Positions 53,926-64,000 of a DNA stretch of 64,000 nt are shown one piece after another. The notes under the pieces were generated by a model, which was given only the letters and a program-made list of their open reading frames with translations, was not told where the DNA came from and did no database searches. The position numbers and the translations under genes were made by a program. This DNA is from Clostridia bacterium. Lineage in GTDB: Bacteria > Bacillota > Clostridia > Peptostreptococcales > Anaerovoracaceae. The stretch's first letter is position 1. Each line of letters begins with the position of its first letter. The stretch lies in contig JAILLO010000046.1 of the NCBI GenBank assembly GCA_024693105.1, forward strand, positions 479-64,478, given 5' to 3'.

Positions 53926-56304
53926 TCAACCTTCTTTCAACTGTACTATTGTCACTCCGTCACCGCCCTCGTTCATGCGGCCGTTTCTGAAGCTTTTGAC
54001 ATGCTTATGGCTCTTGAGCATATGCTGTATGCCGCTTCTGAGTATTCCTTCGCCTCTTCCGTGAATAACGGTAACTGTTGTAAGGCCTGCCATAAATGCA
54101 TCATCAAGGTATTTGTCAACATCCATAACGGCATCGTCAAGATATCTGCCCTGAACATTTATGCTCGGACTTATCTCTGCCGACTTTTGCCTGTACATGC
54201 TTCCGTAACCGGAATTCTTTGCCTTCTTCTTTGCCGGAGCATTGTTTTCTATGGACATGAGGTCCTTTATATTGACATTAATCTTCATAATGCCGACCTG
54301 AACCGTCAAATCTCCTTTGTCGTCGGGAAGCGTGATAACTTCTCCGTTTTGGTCTATCGAAAGAATTTTGACCCTGCTTCCTTCGCGAAGCTGCTCTTTT
54401 TTGACGGGATTTCTGTTTTCGGGAACCTGTATGCCGTCACGATGCTTCGATTCGGCATTTTTTATGCGTCTTCTGTTTTCATCAAAACGCTTTGTCCTCT
54501 CGCCCAGACTTTCAATCTTCGAAAGCTCTCTCAGCTCCTTTTGTATGTCTGAGGACAGTTCCTTTGTTTCTCTGATTATTTCACGTGCTTCATGCCTTGC
54601 CTGAGCCAGTATTTTTTCTTTTGCGGCATCAAGCTTTGCCCGTTCTTTGTCAAGTTCTTCCTTTTGTTTTTTGATTGCAAGCGACAGATAAATTGCCTCG
54701 TCTCTTTCTTCTTCGGCCTTTCTTCTGTCCTTTTCAAGTGCCTCTATAACACTTTCAAATTCTATATCACCTGTTTCAAGAAGAGTCTTTGCATGTTCGA
54801 TGATTTTCTCTTCAAGACCAAGCTTTCTTGATATTTCAAACGCATTTGACTTCCCCGGCGTACCTGTTGTCAGCCTGTATGTCGGGCTCAGCGTTTCAAT
54901 GTTGAATTCCATTGAGGCATTTTCAACGCCGGGCGTCGAAATTGCGTATTTTTTCAGTTCTGTATAATGTGTCGTCGCAAGCGTTTTTGCGCCGCGCCTG
55001 TAAAGATTGTCGAGTATCGCCACCGCAAGAGCAGCACCCTCTGCAGGGTCTGTTCCGGCGCCGAGCTCATCTATAAGAACCAGAGTTCCCTCATCCGCCT
55101 TTGAAACGATATCAACTATATTGTTCATATGAGATGAAAAAGTCGAAAGGCTCTGCTCTATACTCTGTTCGTCGCCTATATCGGCAAAAATATTTGCATA
55201 AACCGGCATTTTCGTACCTTCCGCCGCCGGTACATGAAGACCCGACTGCGTGAGCACCGCAAAAAGGCCGACCGTCTTGAGCGTTACCGTTTTTCCTCCG
55301 GTATTTGGTCCCGTAATAATCAGCGTGTTGTATTCACCGCCGAGTCCGACAGAAATCGGGACTACTTTTTTTGCATCGATAAGAGGGTGGCGTCCCTTTC
55401 TTATCTCGAGAATTCCCTCGTCATTGATAACAGGCTCCGTTGCGTCCCACATGCTCGAAAGCTTTCCCTTTGCAAAGATGAAATCGAGCTGCAAAAGCAG
55501 TTTCTGATTGTTGAGTATTTCATGATAATGCTCCGAGACATAACCGGAAAGTTCATACAAAATGCGCTCTATTTCGGCCTTTTCCGCAAGTTCAAGCTCA
55601 CGGAGTTCATTGTTCAGGTTCACAATTACCTGCGGCTCTACAAACAAAGTGGAACCGCTTGCCGACTGGTCATGAATAATACCCGGAAATCTGCTTCTGT
55701 GCTCCTGTTTGACAGGAATCACATAACGCCCGTCGCGCATTGTAACTATCGAATCCTGAAGCAGTGATTTGTTTTCCTGAGAATTCATTATCTGGTTCAT
55801 TCTCGCCCTGATTGATTCGTTCTGACGCACTATGCTTCTGCGTATGCTGCGAAGCTCGGGGCTTGCATTGTCTGCCATCTCATCTTCTGACAAAATGCAT
55901 CTTTCAATATCTTCCTCAAGCTTTTTCTGAACGGAAATGACCTCTGCAATACTTTTAATAATGGGAACCGGCGGCAAATCGGATTTGAGAAAGGTTACAA
56001 CATTTCTTGCAACGGCCAGGTTGTATCTGATTTCCAAAAGCTGCTTCATCGTCAGACTTCCGCCTTTTCTTGCCAGATGAAGATAATTATCGATGTCGTA
56101 AAAATTCCCCAAAGGCAATGCGCCTTTATGCACAATAACGGAAACCGCTTCCGTGGTTTCCGCTAACAAGTCCTTTATCCGCCTTGAATCACTGACAGGC
56201 TGCAGTTTTTCGATAACTTCCTTAGTCATGGCCGACGCCGCCTGTTCTTTAAGTATGTTTATTATTTTGTAGTACTCAAGTACCTTTTGCGCTTTCCGAT
56301 TCAT
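53926..56304 (-). CDS. mutS2: Endonuclease MutS2 (MutS ATPase core plus C-terminal Smr domain)
   Basis: Walker A GPNTGGKT. C-terminal Smr domain (VTVIHGRGEGILR). Confidence 0.9.
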   Translation of the reverse strand: MNRKAQKVLEYYKIINILKEQAASAMTKEVIEKLQPVSDSRRIKDLLAETTEAVSVIVHKGALPLGNFYDIDNYLHLARKGGSLTMKQLLEIRYNLAVARNVVTFLKSDLPPVPIIKSIAEVISVQKKLEEDIERCILSEDEMADNASPELRSIRRSIVRQNESIRARMNQIMNSQENKSLLQDSIVTMRDGRYVIPVKQEHRSRFPGIIHDQSASGSTLFVEPQVIVNLNNELRELELAEKAEIERILYELSGYVSEHYHEILNNQKLLLQLDFIFAKGKLSSMWDATEPVINDEGILEIRKGRHPLIDAKKVVPISVGLGGEYNTLIITGPNTGGKTVTLKTVGLFAVLTQSGLHVPAAEGTKMPVYANIFADIGDEQSIEQSLSTFSSHMNNIVDIVSKADEGTLVLIDELGAGTDPAEGAALAVAILDNLYRRGAKTLATTHYTELKKYAISTPGVENASMEFNIETLSPTYRLTTGTPGKSNAFEISRKLGLEEKIIEHAKTLLETGDIEFESVIEALEKDRRKAEEERDEAIYLSLAIKKQKEELDKERAKLDAAKEKILAQARHEAREIIRETKELSSDIQKELRELSKIESLGERTKRFDENRRRIKNAESKHRDGIQVPENRNPVKKEQLREGSRVKILSIDQNGEVITLPDDKGDLTVQVGIMKINVNIKDLMSIENNAPAKKKAKNSGYGSMYRQKSAEISPSINVQGRYLDDAVMDVDKYLDDAFMAGLTTVTVIHGRGEGILRSGIQHMLKSHKHVKSFRNGRMNEGGDGVTIVQLKEG

Positions 56305-56308
56305 CCCT

Positions 56309-56875
56309 TTACTTAAGATCCTTTTTCATTTTTTCATTTTCATTCTTGAGTCTGATGTTTTCCATCTGAATCTCGAAAAAATTATTTTCAAGATCTTTGT
56401 ATTTTTCTTCGGCCTGTGAAAGAGCTCTGTCTGAATTCTCGCCCATGCTCTTTTTCATGTCTTCAAGCTCTGCCCTCAGTTTCGCTATCTCATCCTCCTG
56501 CTCTTTGGCCTTTGTCATCAATTCTTCTTTTTGTTTTGCCGTTGAAGCCGCTTCTTCCTTGCATTGTACAAAATTTGTCTTGCATTCTTCCCACAGCATT
56601 ACATAATGGTCGGTATCCTTCGTCAGCTGCTCATTGACCTCCTGCAGGCTCTGATTTTTTTCAAGCTGCTCGAAATAATCATCGGCCGCATTCACTGCCG
56701 CAAGAATGGCTACCGTCACAGGATTCTTCTTCGTAAACGCTGCACTGATTTCGTGCATTTTCTTATCGACATATTCTGCAACATGTTCAATATGTTCCCT
56801 GGAAGTATCACCTGCTATTGTGAACTCCTGCCCGTAAATTTTTACGTTCACTTTGTTGCTGCTTCCCATATTCAT
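56309..56875 (-). CDS. zapA: Cell-division protein ZapA with an extended coiled-coil tail
   Basis: VKIYGQEFTIAGDTSREHIEHVAEYVDKKM is ZapA-like. Confidence 0.7.
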   Translation of the reverse strand: MNMGSSNKVNVKIYGQEFTIAGDTSREHIEHVAEYVDKKMHEISAAFTKKNPVTVAILAAVNAADDYFEQLEKNQSLQEVNEQLTKDTDHYVMLWEECKTNFVQCKEEAASTAKQKEELMTKAKEQEDEIAKLRAELEDMKKSMGENSDRALSQAEEKYKDLENNFFEIQMENIRLKNENEKMKKDLK

Positions 56876-56974
56876 GCTCCTTCAACAAACTTATCCGGGA
56901 CACCGCATAATATACGGCATCCCGGGTATATAACCTACAGTTCCCGGGAATAACCCGGTTTTCACGGAAAGAAA

Positions 56975-59404
56975 CTACATTTCTCTCAGAGTTGCCTTTG
57001 TCTTTTCTTCGAGCTGCTTAAGCACCTTTGCATGAACCCCGGAAACCTCCTCATCGGTAAGAGTTCTGTCCGAAGCTCTGTAAGTAAGCGTAAATGCGAC
57101 ACTCTTCTTTCCTTCGGCAACCTGCTTGCCTCTGTATACGTCAAACAGTTTGACATTTTCAAGGATGTCTCCGCCGTTTTCAGCGATGATCTTTTCGATT
57201 GTGCCGACCTGCACGTCTTCATCGACAAGCAGGGCAATATCTCTTGATGTTGCAGGGAATTTAGGAAGAGGCTTGTACGCCTTTTCGACATTTGCATTTC
57301 TTACTACCGCTTCAAAGAGGATCTCACAGCAGTAGCAGCGTGTGCCTATACCGTACTTATCCGCAACGTCCGGGTGAATTTCGCCCATGATTCCGAGTTC
57401 CTCACCGTTATAGCTGATTCTTGCGCAGCGTCCCGGATGATAAACACCATATTCGCTCTCTGCCGTAAATTCGAGGTCGCGGATTCCGAGATTGTTGAGG
57501 AGTTCAACAACGATACCCTTAAGAGTATAGAAGGTTTCGCCCTCACCGTATGCCGCAACGCAAAGTGCATCCTGCTCGCTTGGCAGCTCTTCCGGGTCGG
57601 TCAGATTTGCCATAAATGTATTTCCGATTTCAAAAGCTCTTGCCGCAGGAAGATTCCTTGAGTAGTTTCTTCCCAGCACTTCAAGCATATTCGGAGTCAG
57701 AACGGTTCTCATAACCGAATTTTCTTCTCCCAGAGGATTTATGATGCGTACAAAGGCTCTTTCCCATGAATCCTCGGCAATGCGGATATTGTCCACTCCC
57801 TTTGGACTTACAAAGGAATAAGTCTGGATTTCGTTTGCTCCCAGTCCGCAAAGAATTTCTCTTGCCATGTCTCTGAGAGTTCTTACCTTTGGCTCTGTTA
57901 CCTGAACATTTCCGGCAGGAATTGTCACAGGCATCTTATCATATCCGTAAAGTCTTGCAACTTCTTCGATGTAATCAACTTCGGTCTCGAGGTCCTGACG
58001 AATTGTCGGAGGCGTAACCTTCATGATGTTTCCTTCACCTTCAACCTTCATTTCAAGGCTCTCGAAATAACCTGTCATCTGCTCTCTTGAAATATTAATT
58101 CCGAGAACGCTGTTGACTCTGTCAACACGAACATCCACAGGCTTATGCACAGCAGGTGCCGGATAAACGTCAACAGAGCCCTTGCATACCTTTCCTGCTC
58201 CGAGCATTTCAATAAGTCTGCACACTCTGTCCGCAGCAGCCTCGCAGAGGTTAGGGTCGATACCCTTTTCGTATCTTGAAGAAGCTTCCGTACGAAGAGT
58301 CAGTTTCTTTGAAGTCGCTCTGATATTGTCTCCGTTGAAGTTTGCGGATTCAATCAGAACAGTATTTGTATCTGATTCGATTTCCGAATTCAGACCTCCC
58401 ATGATGCCTGCAAGAGCAACACCTTTTTTGGCGTCCTTGATAAGGAGCATGCTGTCGTTGAGAGTTCTTTCGGTGCCGTCAAGTGTCGTGAATTTTTCTC
58501 CCTTTTCAGCAGTATCCACCACAATCTTTGCTCCTTCAACCATGCGGATGTCAAAAGCGTGAAGAGGCTGTCCGTATTCGAGCATTACGAAATTTGTTAT
58601 ATCGACTATATTGTTGATAGGTCTCATGCCCGCAAAGATAAGTCTCTTCTGAAGCCACCATGGTGACTGTGCAATCTTAACATCTGTTACAACTCTTGCA
58701 ACATACCTTCTGCAAAGGTCAGGTCTTTTTATTTCAACCTGAATATGGTCTTTTGCGTTTCCTTCTTCCTTTTCGCACTTTGTATCCGGATATCTGAGCT
58801 TTTCTCCGAATGTTGCTGCCGATTCTCTTGCCATTCCTATCATAGCAAGGCAGTCAGGTCTGTTCGGGGTTATTTCAAAATCAACAACGGCGCTTTTGAG
58901 TCCCGTTGCTTCAACAAAGTCCATGCCCGGCGTATATTCGCCTTCCATAATCCATATACCGTCTCTGTGCGCAATCGGAACCACTTTGTCATCAAGTCCG
59001 AGCTCTCCGGCAGAACAAAGCATGCCAAACGATTCAACTCCTCTGAGCTTTCCTTTTTTGATCTTGACTCCGCCTTCAGTCTTAGGCTGACCGTGAAGCG
59101 GGCCCGGAATATGGCTGCCGTGAAGCGCAACCGGAACGTATGCTCCCTCAAAAACATTTGTTGCGCCGGTTACAATCTGAACAGGCTCTTCCTGTCCGAC
59201 ATTCACACTGCATACAACAAGCTTGTCGGCATCGGGATGCTTTTCGATCTTTTCGATTTTTCCTACGACAACACCCTCAATACCTTCTCCGAAATATTCA
59301 ACAGTCTCAAGATTTGAGCCTGACATAATCATTCTGTCACAGAATTCATTAACACTTACCTTTACATCGGTATAATCTTTCAGCCATTCAACAGGTACTA
59401 ACAT
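56975..59404 (-). CDS. pheT: Phenylalanine--tRNA ligase beta subunit
   Basis: 809 aa. N-terminal tRNA-binding domain, B3/4, B5 and FDX-ACB domains. Confidence 0.95.
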   Translation of the reverse strand: MLVPVEWLKDYTDVKVSVNEFCDRMIMSGSNLETVEYFGEGIEGVVVGKIEKIEKHPDADKLVVCSVNVGQEEPVQIVTGATNVFEGAYVPVALHGSHIPGPLHGQPKTEGGVKIKKGKLRGVESFGMLCSAGELGLDDKVVPIAHRDGIWIMEGEYTPGMDFVEATGLKSAVVDFEITPNRPDCLAMIGMARESAATFGEKLRYPDTKCEKEEGNAKDHIQVEIKRPDLCRRYVARVVTDVKIAQSPWWLQKRLIFAGMRPINNIVDITNFVMLEYGQPLHAFDIRMVEGAKIVVDTAEKGEKFTTLDGTERTLNDSMLLIKDAKKGVALAGIMGGLNSEIESDTNTVLIESANFNGDNIRATSKKLTLRTEASSRYEKGIDPNLCEAAADRVCRLIEMLGAGKVCKGSVDVYPAPAVHKPVDVRVDRVNSVLGINISREQMTGYFESLEMKVEGEGNIMKVTPPTIRQDLETEVDYIEEVARLYGYDKMPVTIPAGNVQVTEPKVRTLRDMAREILCGLGANEIQTYSFVSPKGVDNIRIAEDSWERAFVRIINPLGEENSVMRTVLTPNMLEVLGRNYSRNLPAARAFEIGNTFMANLTDPEELPSEQDALCVAAYGEGETFYTLKGIVVELLNNLGIRDLEFTAESEYGVYHPGRCARISYNGEELGIMGEIHPDVADKYGIGTRCYCCEILFEAVVRNANVEKAYKPLPKFPATSRDIALLVDEDVQVGTIEKIIAENGGDILENVKLFDVYRGKQVAEGKKSVAFTLTYRASDRTLTDEEVSGVHAKVLKQLEEKTKATLREM

Positions 59405-59416
59405 CTATGACACCTC

Positions 59417-60439
59417 CTACTTAAACTGGTTGATGAAACGCATATCGTTGTCATAGAACAACCTGATATCATCAACACCGTACTTCAACATAGCGATTCT
59501 TTCAACACCCATACCGAACGCAAAGCCCGTATACTTTTCGGTATCAAGCTTTCCGACATCAAGAACGTTCGGATGAACCATGCCGCAGCCGAGGATTTCA
59601 ATCCAGCCGCTGCCCTTGCATACTCTGCAGCCTTTTCCGCCGCATTTGAAGCAGGAAACGTCCATTTCGGCACTCGGTTCGGTAAACGGGAAGTGATGCG
59701 GTCTGAACTTTGTTCTTACCTCAGAACCAAACATCTGCTTTGCAAAAGTATCAAGTGTTCCCTTAAGATCTGCCATTGTAATTCCTTCATCAACAACAAG
59801 TCCCTCTACCTGATGGAACATAGGTGAGTGAGTTGCATCGGGAGTATCGCATCTGAAGCAGCGTCCCGGTGAAATAATCTTGATAGGAGGCTTCTGCGCC
59901 ATCAGCGTTCTTGCCTGAACCGGAGAAGTCTGAGTTCTCAGAAGTGTCTTTTCCGTAATGTAGAATGTATCTGTCATATCACGTGCAGGATGATTAGGTC
60001 CCGCATTGAGTGCGTCAAAGTTAAAAAATACCGTCTCAACTTCAGGGCCTTCTGCGATGGAGAATCCCATCGACTTGAAAACTCTTGAGATTTCTTCTAT
60101 GGTAATCGTCAGAGGATGCTTTGTGCCGATGTTATAAGGGACACCCGGCTCTGTCACATCAATTGTTTCAAGTTTAAACTGTGCCTTTCTTGCCGATTCC
60201 TTCACCTGCGCAAACTTCTCTTCAAGAAGTTTTTCTATCTCTGCTCTGACTGCGTTTGCAGCCTGTCCGAGTTCTTTCTTTTCTTCCGGCGAAAGCTTTC
60301 CCATTCCTCTGAGGATTTCCGTAAGCTGGCCTTTCTTTCCCAGAGCTTTGACTCTGATACTGTCTGTTTCGGCAACGGTAGCGGCCTTTGCAAGCTCGTC
60401 CTTTACCTGCTGCAAAATATTGTTAAGCTGAATTTGCAT
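59417..60439 (-). CDS. pheS: Phenylalanine--tRNA ligase alpha subunit
   Basis: Class-II motifs (HPARDMTDTFY, FRPHHFPFTEPS, GFAFGMGVERI). Confidence 0.95.
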   Translation of the reverse strand: MQIQLNNILQQVKDELAKAATVAETDSIRVKALGKKGQLTEILRGMGKLSPEEKKELGQAANAVRAEIEKLLEEKFAQVKESARKAQFKLETIDVTEPGVPYNIGTKHPLTITIEEISRVFKSMGFSIAEGPEVETVFFNFDALNAGPNHPARDMTDTFYITEKTLLRTQTSPVQARTLMAQKPPIKIISPGRCFRCDTPDATHSPMFHQVEGLVVDEGITMADLKGTLDTFAKQMFGSEVRTKFRPHHFPFTEPSAEMDVSCFKCGGKGCRVCKGSGWIEILGCGMVHPNVLDVGKLDTEKYTGFAFGMGVERIAMLKYGVDDIRLFYDNDMRFINQFK

Positions 60440-60459
60440 TTATTTACCTCTTTCTTTTC

Positions 60460-61239
60460 TTAATTTCTCATGGATTCATACATCAGAATCCCGCCCGCAA
60501 CCGATGCGTTCAGCGAATCTATACGGCCGCTCATCGGAATTTTGATTTTTAAATCCGACAGGGCAATCATTTCTTCACAGATGCCCCTTCCCTCGTTCCC
60601 TATAACGAGAGCAATATTTTTTCTGAGATCCACGTTGCTGTAATAAAGCTCCGTGTCAAAACACGTACTCACGATCTTCTTTTGATGCCTTTTAAGAACG
60701 CCTGCCGCTTCCTCCGGTGATTCCGCAAAATAAAGCGGCACACGAAAAAGCGAGCCCGCCGCAGCTCTTACAACCTTTGGGGAAAAAACATCACCGCTGC
60801 CCTTGAGCAGCATAACCCCGCCGTAGCCTGCAGCATCTGCCGTCCTTATAAGCGTTCCGAGATTTCCCGGGTCCTGAAGCCTGTCAAGTACAAGCACATT
60901 GCCGTTTCCTTCGGAACACCTCTCAAAGAATTCACTTTCTTTGTAGCTGCGCTTCTTCACAACAGCGATAACTCCCTGCGATGTGTCCGTCTGCGCTATG
61001 GCATCAAAAAGCTTCTCGTCGAATGTGCATAATTCTACTGCCGCCTTTTCCTCAAAGAGAGGTCCTTTGTAGCCTCTTCGGTATATCAAAGCATCCATTG
61101 CTTCGTTTTCCCTGAGTGCCTCCTCTATAAGATTCGGTCCTTCAATAAGATATGCCCCAAAGCTGTCTCTGTATTTTTTGCCTGAAAGCTTGCTGCAAAA
61201 TTTGAATATTCTGTTGTCCTTTGAATTGATTTCCTTCAT
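60460..61239 (-). CDS. TrmH/SpoU-family RNA 2'-O-methyltransferase
   Basis: SPOUT motifs (LDRLQDPGNLGTLIRTA, VIGNEGRG, IPMSGRIDSLNASVA). Confidence 0.8.
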   Translation of the reverse strand: MKEINSKDNRIFKFCSKLSGKKYRDSFGAYLIEGPNLIEEALRENEAMDALIYRRGYKGPLFEEKAAVELCTFDEKLFDAIAQTDTSQGVIAVVKKRSYKESEFFERCSEGNGNVLVLDRLQDPGNLGTLIRTADAAGYGGVMLLKGSGDVFSPKVVRAAAGSLFRVPLYFAESPEEAAGVLKRHQKKIVSTCFDTELYYSNVDLRKNIALVIGNEGRGICEEMIALSDLKIKIPMSGRIDSLNASVAGGILMYESMRN

Positions 61240-61263
61240 GCAACAATCCTTTTCAATATTTAG

Positions 61264-61284
61264 AAAAGCCGGCTTTCACCGGCT
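61264..61284 (-). terminator. Short terminator after ftsZ
   Basis: AGCCGG-N6-CCGGCT followed by TTTT on the minus strand. Confidence 0.55.
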
Positions 61285-61325
61285 TGTTTCCCTTTTGACA
61301 GTCAGAAAGATTTCGTTCCTTCGAT

Positions 61326-62525
61326 TTATTTCTGAAGGAATGTCGGAATGTCAAATAATCCTGCTTTCTTTGATACAGGTTCCGGCTCCGGTTCCTGTTC
61401 TCCCGATGCTTCAGGTCTTAAAGCGCTCTTTTCTGCGATTTTGCTTTCGAGAGCCTCATCGATTGCCTTTGCGTCAGCTTCATTTTTGATTTTTGCGATT
61501 CCTTCGATTTCTTCTGTTTTTCTTCTGATTGTATCATCTTCGCGAGGAACGATAATCTGCGTATCCTTTGTTCTTTCCTCAAAGCCTGTGGCAATTACGG
61601 TAATAACCATTTCATCGGACATATCCTCCCTTACGGTAGTACCGAAGATAACAATGGCATCCTTGTCTGCCGCCTCTTCAATCTGCTGTGCAGCTTCGTT
61701 GATTTCGAGCATGCCAAGATCGTATCCGCCCATGATGTTGAGAAGAACGGCCTTTGCTCCTTTGATTGAAGTTTCAAGAAGCGGACTTTCGATTGCGGAT
61801 TTGACTGCATCCGCAACGCGCTTTTCGCCCTTTCCTCTGCCGACACCCATATGTGCAAGACCGCGATCGCTCATGACAGTCTTGACATCGGCAAAGTCGA
61901 GGTTGATAAGACCGGACTCCGAAATAAGATCCGAAATGCCCTGTACGCCCTGTCTGAGAACATCATCCGCCTTCATAAGAGCTTCCATCATCGTAGTGTT
62001 CTTTTCGCATATCTGAAGGATCTTGTCATTTGGAACAACTACAAGCGAGTCAACATACTTCTTGAGGAATTTAAGACCGAGTTCTGCATGGTCTTTTCTC
62101 TTTCTTCCCTCAAACGTAAAAGGCTTTGTAACAACTCCGACAGTCAGAATGCCGAGATCCTTTGCCGTTTTGGCAATAATAGGAGCCGCACCCGTTCCTG
62201 TGCCGCCACCCATACCTGCCGTGATAAAAATCATATCGCAGCCGGTAATAAACTTTGTAAGATCTTCAAGGTTTTCTTCTGCCGCTTTCTGCCCGATTTC
62301 AGGATTTGCACCTGCTCCCAGTCCTTTTGTCAGCTTTTCGCCGATCTGCAGCTTTGTCTCTGCTTTTGAACTGTTCAGTGCCTGTCTATCGGTATTGATG
62401 GCCATAAAAGTAACACCTTTAAGACCAACTTCTATCATTCTGTTTACTGCATTGCAGCCTGCGCCGCCCACGCCGATAACTTTTATCTGCGCGTCATTGT
62501 TTTCATTTACCTCAAACTGTAACAT
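61326..62525 (-). CDS. ftsZ: Cell-division GTPase FtsZ
   Basis: [10 protein letters not shown] and the [10 protein letters not shown] tubulin signature. The start is set at MLQFEV. Confidence 0.95.
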   Translation of the reverse strand: MLQFEVNENNDAQIKVIGVGGAGCNAVNRMIEVGLKGVTFMAINTDRQALNSSKAETKLQIGEKLTKGLGAGANPEIGQKAAEENLEDLTKFITGCDMIFITAGMGGGTGTGAAPIIAKTAKDLGILTVGVVTKPFTFEGRKRKDHAELGLKFLKKYVDSLVVVPNDKILQICEKNTTMMEALMKADDVLRQGVQGISDLISESGLINLDFADVKTVMSDRGLAHMGVGRGKGEKRVADAVKSAIESPLLETSIKGAKAVLLNIMGGYDLGMLEINEAAQQIEEAADKDAIVIFGTTVREDMSDEMVITVIATGFEERTKDTQIIVPREDDTIRRKTEEIEGIAKIKNEADAKAIDEALESKIAEKSALRPEASGEQEPEPEPVSKKAGLFDIPTFLQK

Positions 62526-62690
62526 CAGAAAGAGTCCTCCTGTCAATTATTTTGCACAAAAGCATATATGGCATGCGGGCGTGCCCTGTGTCAGACTTTT
62601 GTCTGAAATCTCATACACCCACAATATTTCTTGTAAAACACATCTTTTGTAATTGTATCATAATAACGAATATTTTGCCACAATAAACGC

Positions 62691-63059
62691 TTATTTTTCA
62701 TCGTTATTCTGACTTTTTTTTGCTCTTATATTGTCAATAACAATATGTCTTGCAACAGCCAGATTGTTAAACATGCGTCCGCCAAACACAAGAATGGCCG
62801 CGTAATACAGCGGAACACCCAGTTTGTCTCCCACAAAAGTCAGAAGACCTGCAAGTATTGCATTAATGACAAACCCCGACACAAAGATAAGATTGTCGTA
62901 TTTGCCTTCCATATATGCCCGGACTGCACCCACAACCGAATCTATGGCCGCAAGAAGCCCCATGGTTATATAAAACGAGTATTCCACAGAATAAGAGAAA
63001 TCAAATACGAAACCTATAAGGATTCCCACTGCAATTCCAAGAAGCATTACTACAATCAA
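62691..63059 (-). CDS. sbp: Small basic membrane protein Sbp (DUF1290)
   Basis: 122 aa, 4 TM helices, in the conserved position between the DUF881 genes and ftsZ. Confidence 0.7.
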   Translation of the reverse strand: MIVVMLLGIAVGILIGFVFDFSYSVEYSFYITMGLLAAIDSVVGAVRAYMEGKYDNLIFVSGFVINAILAGLLTFVGDKLGVPLYYAAILVFGGRMFNNLAVARHIVIDNIRAKKSQNNDEK

Positions 63060-63799
63060 TTCTTATCTTCTCCTTCCTTTTTTGTCATATACCTGAATTC
63101 AGGCTCTGCCTCATAAGCGTCGATAATAATATGGTCCGTAAGGCGTACCTGAAACTGTATTCCCCAGTCTTTAAGCGAGTTTGCCACTCCTTCCGGCGCA
63201 AGAAGACAGTCTGCCATGCGCCTTCCGTTTCCGATTGCTTTAATCATGAACGGTCTGGCATAAGTGGTTCCGTTTATGCGCACCGTATATCCCGAACAGT
63301 TAATCGATGTTGTGGGCAGAATCCTCTGACCGTTTACGGACAATGCCTCTGCGCCCGCTCTTCTGAGTTCGTTGAGAACCAGGAGAATGTCACTGTCATG
63401 CACAAGCAGATTGTTGATGCTTTCCCCGTCAAGAAGAGCTCTTGTACCGTCATCGACCGTTACGATTACGCCCGGGCCTTCAACGCGCTCCGTTCCGTTG
63501 AGAATCCTGAGCTTATCCAGTTCGCTTTCAAGGCTTTCCTTCATATCGTTTACGTCTTTTCTATTTGTCTCATCGTAAATCTGATTGTACAGGTCGAGTT
63601 TCATCATGCCTTCCTTGTACATCTCATTGATGTATCCGGCAGTCATTTTTTCGGATTCGATATTTGCTCCGTAATCACTTATAACTCCGGGAGAAACATA
63701 CAGCTTCTGGCCGTCTGTGATGCGTGCCTGAACCACAATACCAAACCCTATCAAAAGGCATATCAGGAAAACGGCTATCTGATGCTCATATTTTTTCAT
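63056..63799 (-). CDS. DUF881 (YlxW/YlxX-like) division-cluster protein
   Basis: One TM helix plus a DUF881-like body (LRILNGTERVEGPGVIVTVDD). The start is set at MKKYEHQ. Confidence 0.75.
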   Translation of the reverse strand: MKKYEHQIAVFLICLLIGFGIVVQARITDGQKLYVSPGVISDYGANIESEKMTAGYINEMYKEGMMKLDLYNQIYDETNRKDVNDMKESLESELDKLRILNGTERVEGPGVIVTVDDGTRALLDGESINNLLVHDSDILLVLNELRRAGAEALSVNGQRILPTTSINCSGYTVRINGTTYARPFMIKAIGNGRRMADCLLAPEGVANSLKDWGIQFQVRLTDHIIIDAYEAEPEFRYMTKKEGEDKN

Positions 63800-63803
63800 G
63801 GCA

Positions 63804-64000
63804 TCACCCGTCCTGTCGGCTTTCGTCTTCTGCCGGAACAGTCTTTGCATATTTGAATTCGATAACGCCGGCATATCTCGGTATCGTCATCTCATCCTTT
63901 GCCAAAAGGCCGACTGTCAGGCCGTATTTCAGTTTCATGTCCTGAATAACACCGCCCCTGATATTCAGCGCATTTTTCAGTGTTTCGGGATTGCCGATGG
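63804..64000 (-). CDS. C-terminal fragment of a second DUF881 protein (runs off the right edge)
   Basis: Manual translation gives ...IGNPETLKNALNIRGGVIQDMKLKYGLTVGLLAKDEMTIPRYAGVIEFKYAKTVPAEDESRQDG*, with the stop codon at 63806-63804. Confidence 0.6.
   Translation of the reverse strand, partial: IGNPETLKNALNIRGGVIQDMKLKYGLTVGLLAKDEMTIPRYAGVIEFKYAKTVPAEDESRQDG

Noticed and set aside
61348-62652. Two long plus-strand ORFs (222 aa and 209 aa) antisense to ftsZ.
   Set aside because: ftsZ on the minus strand is unambiguous. These are shadow ORFs with Ser/Pro/Ala-rich nonsense products.

Overview
This is a 64-kb chromosomal window from a Gram-positive anaerobe. Gene content looks Clostridia-like (PFOR, NfnAB, a sigma-54 enhancer-binding protein, SLH-anchored surface proteins, DUF881/sbp/ftsZ), but the taxonomic call is inference. 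Most of the window is core genome. It contains: lexA; a sigma-54-dependent acylating-aldehyde-dehydrogenase/aminotransferase operon with its PAS-AAA+ activator; a 1234-aa SLH surface protein; infC-rpmI-rplT with an ATT start and an L20-leader-type attenuator; cca; a sensor GGDEF-EAL protein with an orphan solute-binding lipoprotein; a polyferredoxin-PFOR-nfnAB operon; hisS; three tandem paralogous LytS-type histidine kinases with no response regulator; a tRNA Asn-Leu-fMet operon; MazEF; an acyl-ACP thioesterase, an NSS transporter and an acyl-CoA ligase; two radical-SAM genes; and argS, mutS2, zapA, pheST and the ftsZ cluster. The most unusual item is one 912-codon ORF (35383-38121, minus strand). 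It fuses a complete EF-G/Tet(M)-type translational GTPase to a C-terminal Rae1/YacP NYN endoribonuclease domain. I predict a GTPase-delivered mRNA nuclease acting in the ribosomal A site, and I cannot match it to any characterised protein. The second recurring oddity is that at least eight intergenic regions carry mutually unrelated short-period tandem repeats (10, 12/24, 23-25 and 50 bp). Two of these start within 2 nt of a stop codon, and one is a 153-nt tract with no A at all. I saw no CRISPR array, prophage or recognisable defence island. All family calls come from motif recognition by eye; no database search or folding program was available.
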